DNA of 64,000 bases from Macrostomum hystrix (lineage: Eukaryota; Animalia; Platyhelminthes), in contig CATNEN010000007.1 in assembly GCA_950097015.1 (NCBI GenBank), forward strand, positions 6,014,001-6,078,000, in the 5' to 3' direction. The notes beneath the pieces were generated by a model. It saw only the letters and a list, made by a program, of their open reading frames with translations. It had not been told where the DNA came from and made no database searches. Position numbers and translations under genes: made by a program. Of this stretch, positions 37,991 to 50,491 are shown piece after piece (the first letter of the stretch is position 1; every line of letters begins with the position of its first letter).

Positions 37991-39414
37991 TAAGATCATG
38001 TGATGGTTCTCGATGGACTGATTGAGCATCAGATAGTTTGTTCCGGTTGCTTGAAAAAGTGGAATACCTGCCCCTGCTAGGAAAAGTTCAATCGGGCCAT
38101 AAATAGCGAGTACTATTGGCGTCTTTTGCAGTCCCATTGTAATTCGATTCCTCAGCAAACAACAATAGAAAGGAAATGAAATCCGCGTGCAATGTTGAAC
38201 ACTTCACTGCTTTTTGCATTCCAAAGGCATATTATTTTAGGCTATTATACGCGAACACTAGGGGTGGTCTGTCCAACAGGCGGTTCGCATCTTGCATAAT
38301 TCATGACTGCAGTGCTCAGCAATGTTGATTCGCTGCAGGCTGCATAGGGCACTCGGCAGGCAAATTATTATTTGCTCAGCCCTCCGTATGTTTGTGTACA
38401 TACATAATAAACGAGCCAGGTGTGCAACGGAAGGCCGCATCGTAAGGTAATGGAAAGGCATTCGAGAGCTGAATTCCAGGAGAAAGTCTGAGATGAAGGT
38501 CTTCACCTGCGTGATTCCTTGAGTGCTCCGCCATGCCCTCGGCAAGTTTCTAGCTGTTATCGATTTCCTAGCTTCGTTGGGAAATTCAGCTAGCTGCGCC
38601 CGAAGATCCGGGCAAACAAAGTGGCCGCCCTGTGCAAGCTTCGGTATTGCAAGCTAGTAGCTATGTTATGCTATGCCTGCGTTATCGTTCAGCCCTTGGA
38701 ATTGCACAAGGCAGCTAAGCGTAACGGGAATAAAATTCTCAGCCAGTCTGTCCGGAATGTCCAATGCATGGGTCTCTCTCAATCATGGGCCCATTGACTG
38801 TACAGTGCCAGACCATTTTCCAGTACAATGTCCGCTCTGTGACTTGATCTGCTGGTGCTGTGTCACCAGGCCAGATAGATGTGCGGTTGGCAGGCTGACG
38901 AGCGAGCGAACATTCTTTTCAACTGTTGGATTCGGTTTCTCTAAAAGCCTGGAATCGTTTTCAAGTCTTGCACACGTTTGTGTGATGGTAGTTGGGTATA
39001 CTGTACTTATAATACGGCAATTAGCGAGTGTGTATTACTTTCGTATTTTACGGGCATTCGTATTTGAAAACGAGCTAATTTTCCCTACCGATTAATATTG
39101 GCATCGCGCTTCTGAGGTTCTTAGGGACCTCGTAAATTTTTACTTTGAAACTTGGGTGCAAATCTAGTGCTACGCCAGGTATGCTTGCATACTCATGCCT
39201 CGTAACATTTTATCGCATACCTTCCATTAAATCAATAGAGCACTATCTTGGCCCATCTGCTCAATACCGTTTTTACGAATAGTAAACAAGTAGCTCAAAA
39301 AGTTCAATAGTTCACAACTGAGCGTTTAAAAGTGCATAAAATGGTATTCAGGCAATGTTGGACCGGGTAATTGTAATAAAATATATCGTACGATCTTATG
39401 CTAAAACTCCTAGC

Positions 39415-40265
39415 CCCCAGCTGCGATTCTGATAATGGCTCCAGCTGCGATTCTGATAATAGCTCCAGCTGCGATTCTGATAATTCTCCAGCTGTGATTC
39501 TGATAATGCTCCTGCAGCGATTCTGATAATGCTCCTGCTGCGATTCCGATAATGCTCCTGCTGCGATTCTGATAATAGCTCCAGCTGCGATTCTGATAAT
39601 TCTCCAGCTGTGATTCTGATAATGCTCCTGCAGCGATTCTGATAATGCTCCTGCTGCGATTCCGATAATGCTCCTGCTGCGATTCTGATAATGCTCCTGC
39701 TGCGATTCTGATAATGGCTCCAGCTGCGATTCTGATAATGCTCCTGCTGTGATTCTGATAATGCTCCTGCTGCGATTCTGATAATAGCTCCAGCTGCGAT
39801 TCTGATAATGCTCCTGCTGTGATTCTGATAATGCTCCTGCTGCGATTCTGATAATGCTCCTGCTGCGATTCTGATAATGCTCCTGCTGCGATTCCGATAA
39901 TGCTCCTGCTGCGATTCTGATAATGCTCCTGCTGCGATTCTGATAATTCTCCAGCTGCGATTCTGATAATTCTCCAGCTGTGATTCTGATAATGCTCCTG
40001 CAGCGATTCTGATAATGCTCCTGCTGCGATTCCGATAATGCTCCTGCAGCGATTCTGATAATGCTCCTGCTGCGATTCCGATAATGCTCCTGCTGCGATT
40101 CTGATAATGCTCCTGCTGCGATTCTGATAATTCTCCAGCTGTGATTCTGATAATGCTCCTGCTGCGATTCTGATAATGCTCCTGCTGCGATTCTGATAAT
40201 GCTCCTGCTGCGATTCTGATAATGGCTCCAGCTGCGATTCTGCCAATAGCTTCAGCTGCGATTTT
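39415..40265. repeat. 23/24-bp minisatellite (gctcctgctgcgattctgataat)
   Basis: About 36 tandem copies. Confidence 0.96.
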
Positions 40266-40799
40266 GTCTATGGTTTCTGCTGCAATGTCTGAGAGTAAAA
40301 CTTAGAAAAATATCACCCTAGATACTGAATTGTACCATCGAAGTGTCAGGCCTCTTAAAGGCGGTCAACTTTATTACTGTGATTGTGCGTGCGTATAGAC
40401 ATTCCACGCCTTCACTTTCTTCCTCGGCAAAGACTTCACAGACTAATGGGCTGAGGCGCAGCCACGTGCTGGAAATGCAAAATCACAAAGTCTGCATTAA
40501 TTATTTATGCAAAAACTTTAAACTGCCAGCCAATCAATATAAAATGTGGGCTGTGCCAAAACTGCCGGCCCACTGACGGGAACTACCCGGTGCCTCCGAG
40601 CTATTCGAATATGCTGGATGCACTTTTGCCAGGCTGAACCCGAATGCGACCAACAAAGTCCAGCCAATGAGAATTATCTTCACTTGCTGAGCCTCTTGGC
40701 ACGGAATAAAATAAGTGGCCCGGGATTTCTGCCTGAAAGCTGAGAAAACTCTAACCGACATTGGCCTATTACCTGTCGCAGCTTTTCGATTTATAAGAA

Positions 40800-43003
40800 A
40801 TGCGAGTGCTGCAACAGTCATACATCTTGGTAAGACTATGTTGATTTTATTTTAGTAAAGCACATTTCTACTAGCTGTAGGAAGACCACAGGGGGGTATT
40901 TCAAATACCCACATTTTTCGTTTTTCTGCATCTCCCAAAATATTCTAGTGATCGCCATGAAAATCCAGAAAACGGGCTAAACTTTGCCGCTCTATCCGGT
41001 GAGAGAACTCCCTGAATCACAAGACATCGGCATCGTCGAGATATTCAACGATCCTCGTCGGGGTGTCTGGTGTCAACAATAAAAGTCACTAATATCGGCA
41101 AAAGTTTTCTGCTCGCAAAATTTCATCATGTAACCATGTCGGCAATCATTGTTGACAGAAGAGGTTGTAGTCTAGTGGTTAGGGCGTCGGACTCACGACT
41201 TGAAGGTCGGGGGTTCGATTCCCGACTCCACTGGAACAATTTGCGTCCTTTAGCAAGACACTTAACTCTGCATTGCTTCAGTTCACCCAGCTGTTAAATG
41301 GGTACCAGCATCAGCTGGGATAATTGAAGGTGGGTGTGGCGTCCCCCCAGTCCGTGGACTGAACAGCTGTACGCAGCCTTCAGATGCGCCACGCATTAGC
41401 TGCGGCTGTGCTGTCGGCTGCACATCTGACCCAATTGGGGCAGGTGTAATCAATTATTATTATTATTAATTGTTGATAATTTTTTTTATACTCGTATTGT
41501 TAATTATCTTTTTCTTTTAACTAATGTTGATTCGCAGAGCAATGCTAGTTGCCCTTGTCATCGTAAAGGGTTGAAAATTTGGATCCAAATGGTGGAATTT
41601 CACCAAAATCGGTCATTCGGTTTCGGGAGCTATCGTGAAGAAGGCAGTGGGTATTTGAAATGCCCCCGTTGTCTTTCCCCCAGGGGGTTATAGCGTGGTG
41701 TTTTTACTGTTAAATTTGAAAATCGAATTCGCAAAGTGAACCTGTTGCTATGCAAAACATGCCAGTCCACAGAAGCCTCGCAGGTCGATTGGCAGCATGG
41801 CAACAATGGCAGCAGCGGCGACAGTTTTAACTCGACATTCGGGGCTGCTGGAGCCGCCTCTCTGATCCGCTCCGCCATCTGCCGCTGGGCTTATCCGCCG
41901 ATGATCCTGATTGGCGTCTTCTGCAACATCGCCGCCATGGCGGCCTTCCAGCAGCGCCGGCTGCGCCGCAGCCCCGTCTCGCTTGGCCTGACCGCTCTCG
42001 CCGCCCTGGACACCATCGTCCTGCTGCTTAGCGCTGGCAGGTTTTGGTCTCGCTTTCAGTTGGGTTTCGACTGGAACTTGTACAGCCCGACTGTCTGCCG
42101 GCTGAGCCTGTTCGCCGAGTACTGGGCCGCCGACTGCTCGGTGTGGACGCTGCTGCTGGTCACCGGTCAGCGCTGGGCGGCGGCGAGGTTTCCCCTGCGC
42201 GCCGCCAAGCTGTGCAGCCGCAGGCGCGCCGTGCCGCTTCTGGCCGCCGCCGCGATCGCTTGCGTGGCGAAAAACGCGCCACTGCTGGCCCGAGCCCGCA
42301 TTGTCGATCACCCGCTGTCGGGTCCGTTGTGCATGATTGCCCACGACCGGCGCCTGTGGCTGGTCTTCGCCTGGGTGGACGCCATCTTCCGCTTCCTGGT
42401 GCCTTGGCCGCTGCTGGCACTGCTGAACGCCAGCATCTGGCGCGGAGTGCGCGAGGCCGGCCGATTCAGACGCCGGGCTGGCGCGAATCTTTCCAGATCC
42501 GTGTCGGTAGCGGGAGAGCGGCCCTCAGGAGTGATGGTCGGTGAGAACCGCTTTCTTGTCAGCCAGCCTGCTATTGTCTCTAAGTTGACTGAAGAAATCT
42601 AAAAGCTTCCAAAGCTCCTGCAGATTTTATTCTCTTCAAAACGCTTCTTTCAGCACTGAAAAATGGCTCTGGCGCTGATCTGCCGCAGCCAGCTGCGAAA
42701 TCGCCAGCTCAGGAAGGCCGCCGCATGCTTTCTCTACTAGTCGGCGTCAACCTGATGTTCCTCGTCTGTCAGACGCCTTTTTGCGCGTTCTCGTTGGCCG
42801 ACTCAGCCTTCGGCATCTACCGGGGCGTGGCGCAGAGTCTGGACGCCGGTGCCTACGTGGTCCTGGCCACCAGCTTCCAGCTGTCCCTTACCCTGGTGTA
42901 CGTGTCGCACGCGGCCAACTTCTTTCTTTACTTCCTGTCGGGTCGACTGTTTCGTCGAACCCTGCGGAGAATGCTGCACCGGCCATGCTGCCACTCTGAT
43001 TAG
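40800..43003 (+). CDS. Rhodopsin-class (class A) peptide GPCR, FMRFamide/allatostatin-receptor-like orphan
   Basis: Exons 41784-42540 and 42654-43003, plus a predicted 30-nt first exon 40800-40829 (MRVLQQSYIL, gtaaga donor, in phase). Seven hydrophobic segments, N-terminal NGS/NST sequons, GVFCN (TM1), LAALD (TM2), C in TM3, QRW for DRY, FLVCQTP (TM6), NFFLYFLSG.LFR (TM7). Confidence 0.88.
40875..41709. mobile_element. Second, older copy of the TTAA-MITE, interrupted by a SINE B
   Basis: 40895-41075 and 41590-41650 match the reverse complement of 19310-19580; right end ...tttactg-TTAA. Confidence 0.72.
41161..41467 (+). mobile_element. Full-length tRNA-derived CORE-like SINE family B
   Basis: Box A TAGTCTAGTGG, box B GGTTCGATTCC, central cctttagcaagacacttaactctg...ttcagttcacccagctgttaaatggg resembling the MIR/CORE consensus, (ATT)n tail. 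Confidence 0.88.
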
Positions 43004-43833
43004 CCAGCAGAAGATCAAATCAATGTTCAACAGATGCTTTGTTCTGTCTTCTCCATGGCAACAGTAGAAATCTATATTCATTATGGCTTAACATGATTTG
43101 TGCCCACGTCTAAATTAAAAATGGCTGACCCAAAGCTAGAATGACTTCATAAAAGTACTGAGCACAGACAATATAATAACTTATATAGTATCTTATATAG
43201 TTATTATAGTATCTGTGGTACTGAGTAACAAGACTACAGCGCGGAAATGACTTTATACTTTTTTAAGGTCCTGATATACTTTTTAAAAGTACGAGTATAT
43301 CAGGACCTAACACCTTCTAGCCACAGGGTAGAAGGGATTGATAGACTTTATGGATAGCAAGGGCGAAAACAATTCAATGGAAAATTTCATAAGTTTTCAG
43401 AACAGCTGCGTGGATTCTCAGCCTATGAAGTACGGCTTGAGTTACACAAGCAAGCTCAAGATAAACAATACCGATAAGGCCATGGTCACTCATCGCAATG
43501 TAGACAATGGTGATGTATTTGAAGTGGCAGAAGGTATCAATTCATCTTTCGGATTGGCTTCTCAATTCTCGTTGCCAAAACAATTGAGCTGCTGAGAGGT
43601 TTAGCCACACAGCAAAGCATCTACGAACGTCTATGAAGTCTGTAGAATTCTCGGATCTTAAGTGCTTTACCTGCAGTGTTAAGAGAGGAATATTGGAAGA
43701 TTATACAATATACTGATATAATATCTTTTCGACAAAGCGAAGCTGAAAATATTTCCAACACCGCCGATCCGGAATCAGCGGCAACAAGTACAGAATTCAC
43801 AGGATCTACTTTTAGCAGTTTTAGTGACAACGA

Positions 43834-45084
43834 ATGCAGCTGCTTGTCTTCTGGCTGATCGCTTGTCTGCGCGCTGCAGCTGCTATCGGATCCTTCGAGG
43901 AGTGGCAACTGACGAGAGACGACCTGAGCGGTGACTACCAGGCTGTAGGTGCGGCAGCCGCCACCTCCGCGCGGCACTGTACACTCCTAGGCGCAAGTGC
44001 TGCGCATGCGGTGCAGTTTGATGAAGCTGAGAGGCTGTGCCGATTGTTCGTTTGTCGCGGCGGTTGGCACGGGTGCAGGAAGTGCCGTAATGCCGACAAC
44101 TCCGGACTGGCGCAGGTTTGGGTGAGCACATTGCTAGACTATGTCACCACTAACAAGTGATAGAGTCAACATCTAGCCGCACAACTTTCCTAAGAGAGAC
44201 TCTACTGCCCTCTCTTAGGAGAGATATAATGTTTAACAGTTTCGTTTGACAAACATGTTTTAATTCGTTGGTTCAAATGAAATATGCATCGATTACAAGC
44301 ACAGACCATTGCCTTTTCTCATTTCGGATTATAATGGAAATAGCAAAATCTGTCTTTAAAAATCCCTTCATATGCGCACAAGCTACTGACGAAATACCGT
44401 GGTCGCAACAATTTTCAAGAAAGACGAAGTCGCTATGGTTGCAAATACTCCAATTCTGATTGGCTAATATCATTTCAGGTGAGGAAGCTCGGAAACCGAA
44501 GCTCGTGCTGGCGGACCTTCCAGCACAGAGTCGATGCCTCCGTCGACTTCAACCGCAACTGGACCAGCTTTGTAAGAGGATTCGGGCAGGGCGAGAGCGC
44601 GAACTTCTGGATCGGCCTGGAGAGCCTGCACCTCATGACGAGAGACTCCGCGCTGCCTGTTCGCTGGGAGTTCAGCGACTGGAACAACACCCTGTACTGG
44701 ATGGAGAACGCCTTCTTCCAGGTTGGGAACTCGACCACGAAGTACAGAGTGAGCGTCGGAGCGCAGCTGATGGACAGGTCGACGGTGACGCAGTGCTCTG
44801 TCAGCAGTCCTTCAGATATGAATAATCAGAAGTTTTCGACCTCGGAACAGGACAATGATTTGTCGAGCAATTCAAACTGTGCCGCTGTCTACAAAGGAGG
44901 CTGGTGGATGCAAAACTGCTTCTGCATGAACCCGAACGGCCCGTACATCAGCCCACCCGACGCCCTGTACCTCACCTCCTACGCTGAAGGCATCGCTCTA
45001 AAAAATGATGCGTTGGTTTTTCCCTGGAACAACCGCTATTCGTTGAAGACGTTCGAGTGTTTACTTATGGTTAATAATGTGTGA
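43834..45084 (+). CDS. Secreted fibrinogen-related (FReD) protein with an N-terminal PAN/apple-like Cys domain
   Basis: Exon 1 43834-44121 (signal peptide MQLLVFWLIACLRAAAA, Cys-rich). Exon 2 44479-45084 with FQHRVDASVDFNRNW..F..GFG, FWIGLESLH, KFST.EQDND, CA..YKGGWW..NC...NPNG. Confidence 0.9.
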
Positions 45085-45265
45085 ATCTGCTAGTTCTAGG
45101 CGCTGAAAAGCAAGAAATGCCTGGACTGGGAACACTAGAAGTTTTCCATGCTATAGTTATGATGTCACGCAAATTGTGGGTCAATATTTCAACAAGTTCT
45201 AATCACGTTTAATAATTTGTATAGTCTCACACCTGACACTGCCCTCTCTAGACAGTTTAAAAAGT

Positions 45266-45979
45266 TGTTGTGATTTAATAGTTTCTATGTACTGTATTTA
45301 ATAGTTCTATGTACTGTATTTTTGGTGCACTTTCACTGGCGCGTTGCACTTTGAGTCGCCCCCCCTGCCCCTTTCTTGCTCTGCGCCTGCCTACCTATCA
45401 ATTTCTCTCACCCCGTCTGATTGGTTGAGCTAAGACGTTGCGTACCCCCGGTTATTGTCATCTTCCGTTCCTGCCCTCTCATTGGTTCGCGGCTCGCCCA
45501 GTTGTCTTATTGACCCTGCGTGATTGGCGAGGCTGCGACTGGTTCTCTCTCTTACTGTCTCTTCCTTTCTCTCTCTACCCTGCAGCTTAGCTGTGATCGG
45601 GTATTACCCTGCTCACCCTGGGTGAGCAGGTCTTATTTATTGGCGTGCGCGCGCTCGTCCCCCTCGGACGTGACGGTTTTGTTTTGTTGAGCACCCCAAC
45701 CACCGCCTACCAGAAAAAATACATCCACTCAGCCAGCTCTCCCGAGCGCAAACCCGCACTGCTAGCCTACGTAAGTGTCGTTCTGCCTCTGTCTTTTTGG
45801 GTTCAGTCGCTAGGACATTGTCGCCAGGGCCTGTGCATTCGTTGCGACCTTGGTTGCCGGCTTACTGCCTGTGCGTCTAGTGCGACAGTAGGCCGACACA
45901 TAGTAGGACGGAAGTGCTGAACCTCCCTGCTCGTCCTGAGCGAGAGGCGAAGCCGGCTGGCCCGTCTCGGGACACAACA
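45266..45979 (-). mobile_element. Solo LTR (714 bp), probably Ty3/gypsy
   Basis: TGTTGTG...CACAACA termini with 4-bp TSD AAGT (45262-65 / 45980-83). On the minus strand three CCAAT boxes precede ATTAAA signals; orientation is inferred from these. Confidence 0.8.
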
Positions 45980-46306
45980 AAGTAAATAATTTTACTTTTC
46001 AAATATCAATTGACGAATATGTGATGTGGCTGTCGTGAAGGCAAGCATGGCCGTCCCTTTTCGATTCGATGACTCAATTCTTTCCAGTTCGCTTTCTCAT
46101 CACGTTCTGTTGAAATGTCTCATCTTTTGAGAAGATAAAATATATTGTCTGCCCTAGAAGCTAGAAAGTTATAGGGGGTTGAGTCGCAGAGAGGTGACTT
46201 GATTTTGAGTCAAGATTCAAGGTACCTGTGCTCAAAAGAGCGAAAAATACCCACTAATATTCAGCCTTGAGAATTAGCAAACTGAGAATTAGCTAAAAGC
46301 CCCATA

Positions 46307-46648
46307 GCAGGAGGGCTGCGGGCAATGGCACATCATTTGGTGACACTAAACCTGCAGCCAGCGAGAAGGCGATTCTGCCCACTTCGCTGACTCCTGAGCA
46401 CACACGCACACAGATACTGTATGCAGACATACGCTCACACAGGTGTGTACATCTGCCCTGACTTTCTCATCGTCAGGCAGTGCCACTGTGCCTTGGGGGT
46501 TGGCCCTCAATGGCGTAAATTGCACAAGCCCCCAAGCCTTCTCTCCGCGGCTGCGCCACCAAATGAATGTGGCCTCGCCATGGAATCGAGCTCAGGACCT
46601 TGGTGCGAGGGGCAAACGCGTTAACCGCTCTGCCACTCACCCCCCCCC
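46307..46648 (-). mobile_element. SINE family A copy
   Basis: Near full-length match to the family. Confidence 0.9.
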
Positions 46649-47261
46649 TAGCTGCATAGCTAGCTCGTAGCTAGGAGCAGATGAATACAAATGCCTTCAG
46701 GTAGGCCTGAGCCTCATTCTTATGCATCTAAAAGTATCATTGTAACTTTTTAAGTACTACGAGCGTACTTATCTATATCATAAGGTTAGAGGCCTTCAGA
46801 AATTATTTCTTTTTGCGGTATAGCTCGTAGAAGAATTAAAAATTAGCTGCTAGAGTAAATAAAAAGGCCAAATTTATAAAGGATTTTGTCCTTGGACATG
46901 TTGCAGAGTTATCTTGTTTTGCAAATTGATGTTCGCAAACAAAACCTCGTCTAATTGATTTTACCTGCAAAAAAATTAATCACGTAAAGGTAGCTCACGG
47001 AATCGCCCAAACTGATCTAGACTGGCTTTGTCATATTTCATTTGGAGGGATAATTAAGCCCCACAAATACATGGGACGAAGTTTGCCTATTGGTCCTGCG
47101 GCGCATTTCTAACAAAATCATTTTAAAGACAATTGACTTCCTCCACATGAAAGATAGCTCATTAAAAACCAGTTATTATTGTCTGCTTATTTAAAACCAG
47201 TCTATCTTTCACGAGCTGCAGTTAGATAAGTCAGCAAAAAGGTACTAAAAAAGAGGCCACT

Positions 47262-47722
47262 CCGTTTTCTGCTGCTTCTGTCCTGCTGCACCCCAGCTGC
47301 AGTCGGTATTGCTGAGGCTTCAAGTGACTGGATACGAACCCGAGACGACCTGAGCGACGATTACTCTTCTCGGGGAGTCCAAGCGTCCATTGATTCTATA
47401 ATCACTCCTTGCAGGTGAGGAAGTTGGGAAACCGAAGCTCGTGCTGGCGGACCTTCCAGCACAGAGTCGATGCCTCCGTCGACTTCAACCGCAACTGGGA
47501 CACGTACGTCAGCGGATTCGAACAAGGCGAGAGCGCGAACTTCTGGATCGGCCTGGAGAGCCTGCACCTCATGACGAGAGACTCCGCGCTGCCTGTTCGA
47601 TGAGAGTTCAGTGACTGGAACAACACCCTGTACTGGATGGAGAACGCCTTCTTCCAGGTCGGGAACTCGACCACGAAGTACAGAGTGAATGTTGGCGATC
47701 AGCTGATGGACAGGTCGACTAT
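47262..47722 (+). pseudogene. Truncated pseudogene copy of the FReD gene
   Basis: 47415-47720 is nearly identical to 44479-44785 but has TGG>TGA at 47601-47603 and is 3'-truncated. An upstream diverged exon-1 remnant reads DWIRTRDDLSDDY versus WQLTRDDLSGDY. Confidence 0.88.
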
Positions 47723-48347
47723 AAGAAATATCTAGATTTCGTATAAAAGGATACGAAAACGTACATTCCTTATCTTAACTTACTGAGACTGCATGGTATT
47801 GTCTATAAAGCGAGAATCAATTCAGGTATTCAGGAAAATAAGGACGCAGAGATAATATTCCCCGATCTGAGTCATGTCTTGCTTGTAAGAAAGCATTGAA
47901 TACGACTCGACTGAAACATGTTGTTGACTATTCAGGACAACTTTCATGGGGAGATCAAGTTTCAGAAAAGCAGCTGCTATTGTCGTTGCGCATTCGTGTC
48001 CACAGTAGGCAAGGTAGAATAAACCTCGAGTTAGTCAGCTGGCCTCCACGCCGGCGGCTACCTGAACATGCAGCTGACTTGTGGCCTTTCTCATGTGTTA
48101 TCGTGTAATCCGACTATACCCATGGGATCCGACTGTTATTTGCTGTAGGGCCATATACTTGTTTACTTCATATTGAATAACTCCTACATGCCATGCAGAG
48201 TTAAAGGAGTAAATTCCTACAATATACATAAACTTACATATACGAGCGTATACAACGCATACAAATACTAAAGTTTATATTTCCGTCGTCTGTCTCGGTC
48301 TCTAGTAAGTATTTGCTTTAATGCATGTATATATACTTAGCTTACAT

Positions 48348-48440
48348 GGGGTTGTAGCCTACTAGTGGTTAGTGCGATTACACCCACGACTTGAAGTTCG
48401 GGGGTTCGAAACCCGACTCCTCTGGAACGATTTGTGTCTG
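48348..48440 (+). mobile_element. SINE B 5' (tRNA head) fragment
   Basis: ggggttgtagcctactagtggttag...cacgacttgaagttcgggggttcgaaacccgactcc matches 41161-41250. Confidence 0.75.
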
Positions 48441-48719
48441 GAAAGATTTTTTCTTTCTTTTATTTGATTATTAAACATTTAAAATATATTGTTCCATGTA
48501 TACACATGCAATTGACAGCAACGAATCGTAGACGACGCCTCGCTGCATCCGGTCGATGCCCATGCAGCTAAGTAACTCAAAGTACCGTACATGTATAGCG
48601 GATGTGCCGGAAAATACCCTTTAATTAAAATATATTTCCGTTTCCTGGTGATCATATTGTACTCAGGTAACGTGGCGAAATGAAGAACACAGCAGTAGTA
48701 ATTAAGAAGGTGCAAAAGA

Positions 48720-48995
48720 GCGCAGGGCTTAAAATGACCCGCGCGATCTATTATATATTTAGACTGTCAAGACAGTCACGTCAACAACCTACTTCACCGG
48801 TTTGATGCAGACCGTAAACCCCCCAGCCAATCAAAAAGCGCCACGCGCGCTTTCACTCCAAGGACCACTAGGGGTAGATGTCCTACTCAAGGACCGCTGT
48901 AGTAACTATAGTTATAGTTATAGTTATAGTTATACTACAGTGGTCCTTGGTCCTACTGCTAGAGGTCCTTAATTGTTTTTCTATTGGCGGCATGC
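48720..48995 (+). promoter_or_regulatory. Putative promoter of the ZnT gene
   Basis: CpG-rich patch (cccgcgcg, ccacgcgcgc), AGCCAATCA CCAAT box at ~48826 and ATTGGCGG, upstream of the CpG-depleted domain. Confidence 0.4.
48888..48949. mobile_element. 62-bp mini-MITE with 8-bp TSD (hAT-like)
   Basis: TIR caaggaccgctgtagta / tactacagtggtccttg around (tatagt)n; TSD gtcctact at 48880-87 and 48950-57. Confidence 0.8.
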
Positions 48996-50240
48996 AAGCA
49001 CCATACATAATAGATCGTAGCTAGAAGTTGTACAATAAGTGTTCAGTAAGCAAAATTTTTCATTTGATCCCATCTGCCAATTAAAAACATCGTGAAAAAA
49101 GTCGGGTTTGCTAATTTTAGAGGATCAAGCATAAAAATAATTTGGCCCAGCTATACTTAATCGTTTTTTAAAACATGTACTGGAAAAGTGCTTAAATACT
49201 TCAACACTTTAACACTTATCGTGTTTACCATTCGGTGAGGTTTTTGTTTATACAATATCTTTTTTCGTAGAAATTTTCTGTTTAATGGCAGGCCTGCATG
49301 CAAGCATTTGTCGCGATACTAAACTATATCAACTCAACTCAACATCTGCATGAAGGTAATTTTATTGGCTCCAATAGCTAAATTACCGAAATAGTTAAGA
49401 CATGTGTCTTTGTAGTACATTCGCTTTTATCATACGGTATGCTTACGAGTTTCGGCTTGAGTTTCTACTTATTTTCTCACAGGAAACTACAGTTAGGCCT
49501 AACTATGTAAATATAAACATCAAATGATCAAACGCACTAGCTAAAGGACTATATGATATATTATATTTTGTGTAGTACACGTGTGTTATTCTTTGTTCTA
49601 TATGGGGTCATGTAGATAATTCTAGTCTATGACTCTAATGCTGTTGGTTTTTTTCAATTCCATATCAATTGCTTATTGCATTTTGCTTGCATAACTAATA
49701 CTACTATTGCTTAACTAATAATACTAGTGCTGGTATTATGGCTTGTTTTAATAGTATTATTCTGTCAATGAATAAAGATTGCAGATATGGGCAAGGCAGA
49801 CTTCTAACAGTTTTTTCTTTGGTTAATCATTCGACTATTTTGTTCCAATAATAGTCAATACAGTGCTCAACTACCACATTGGTTACAAATTATCTGATTT
49901 GATCTGATCTAGTGTTAAGTTATATGCTAATGTCAAAAAGTGAAATGTTTAAAGCATTTATTTTGAAAACAAGTTATTTCCCCATTTATTAGTTACTCAG
50001 TCTAACTGAGTATTTATTTAACATAATTGAGAGTAGGCCTAAGGCAATCCTCTACTTTGAATGTTAAATTTCTTTACAAAAAATAGCTAAGACTTTCTTA
50101 GCTAACTGCAAATAAAACATTTATTTCACATACGTTTTTAAATGACATAGCAGGCCTGGTGGTGTCTATTGCCAAAAAATAAGAGGGTAGAATAGCATTA
50201 TAAAAGATAAACATTATTTTAATCTTGCCTTGTTACCTTG

Positions 50241-50491
50241 CATACATGCGCAACACCCGGCCGACCTGGCCAAACCGGCCGGGTGAAACGAGGGCCAAGC
50301 AAGGTAAGGCGCAAAAACCAATCAACCAAGTGCAAAAAAATCAAAGGGGGACCAAGGGACAAAAAAGGAAGGCGTAAAGAAGAGGAAAAAAGGGAGAGAA
50401 AAAGTAGAGCAACTGAGAGCAAACTAAGTCATAAATAGAGCAAAAACTAAGTCGCACGGCCAGCTAAGATTTGGGAGGTTGCACATGTATG
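50241..50491. mobile_element. 251-bp hAT-type MITE
   Basis: TIR catacatgcgcaac / gttgcacatgtatg (13/14 match); perfect 8-bp TSD ttaccttg (50233-40, 50492-99). Confidence 0.88.

Noticed and set aside
41161-41232. tRNA gene
   Set aside because: tRNA-like head continues into a repeated SINE body and tail; no proper acceptor stem.
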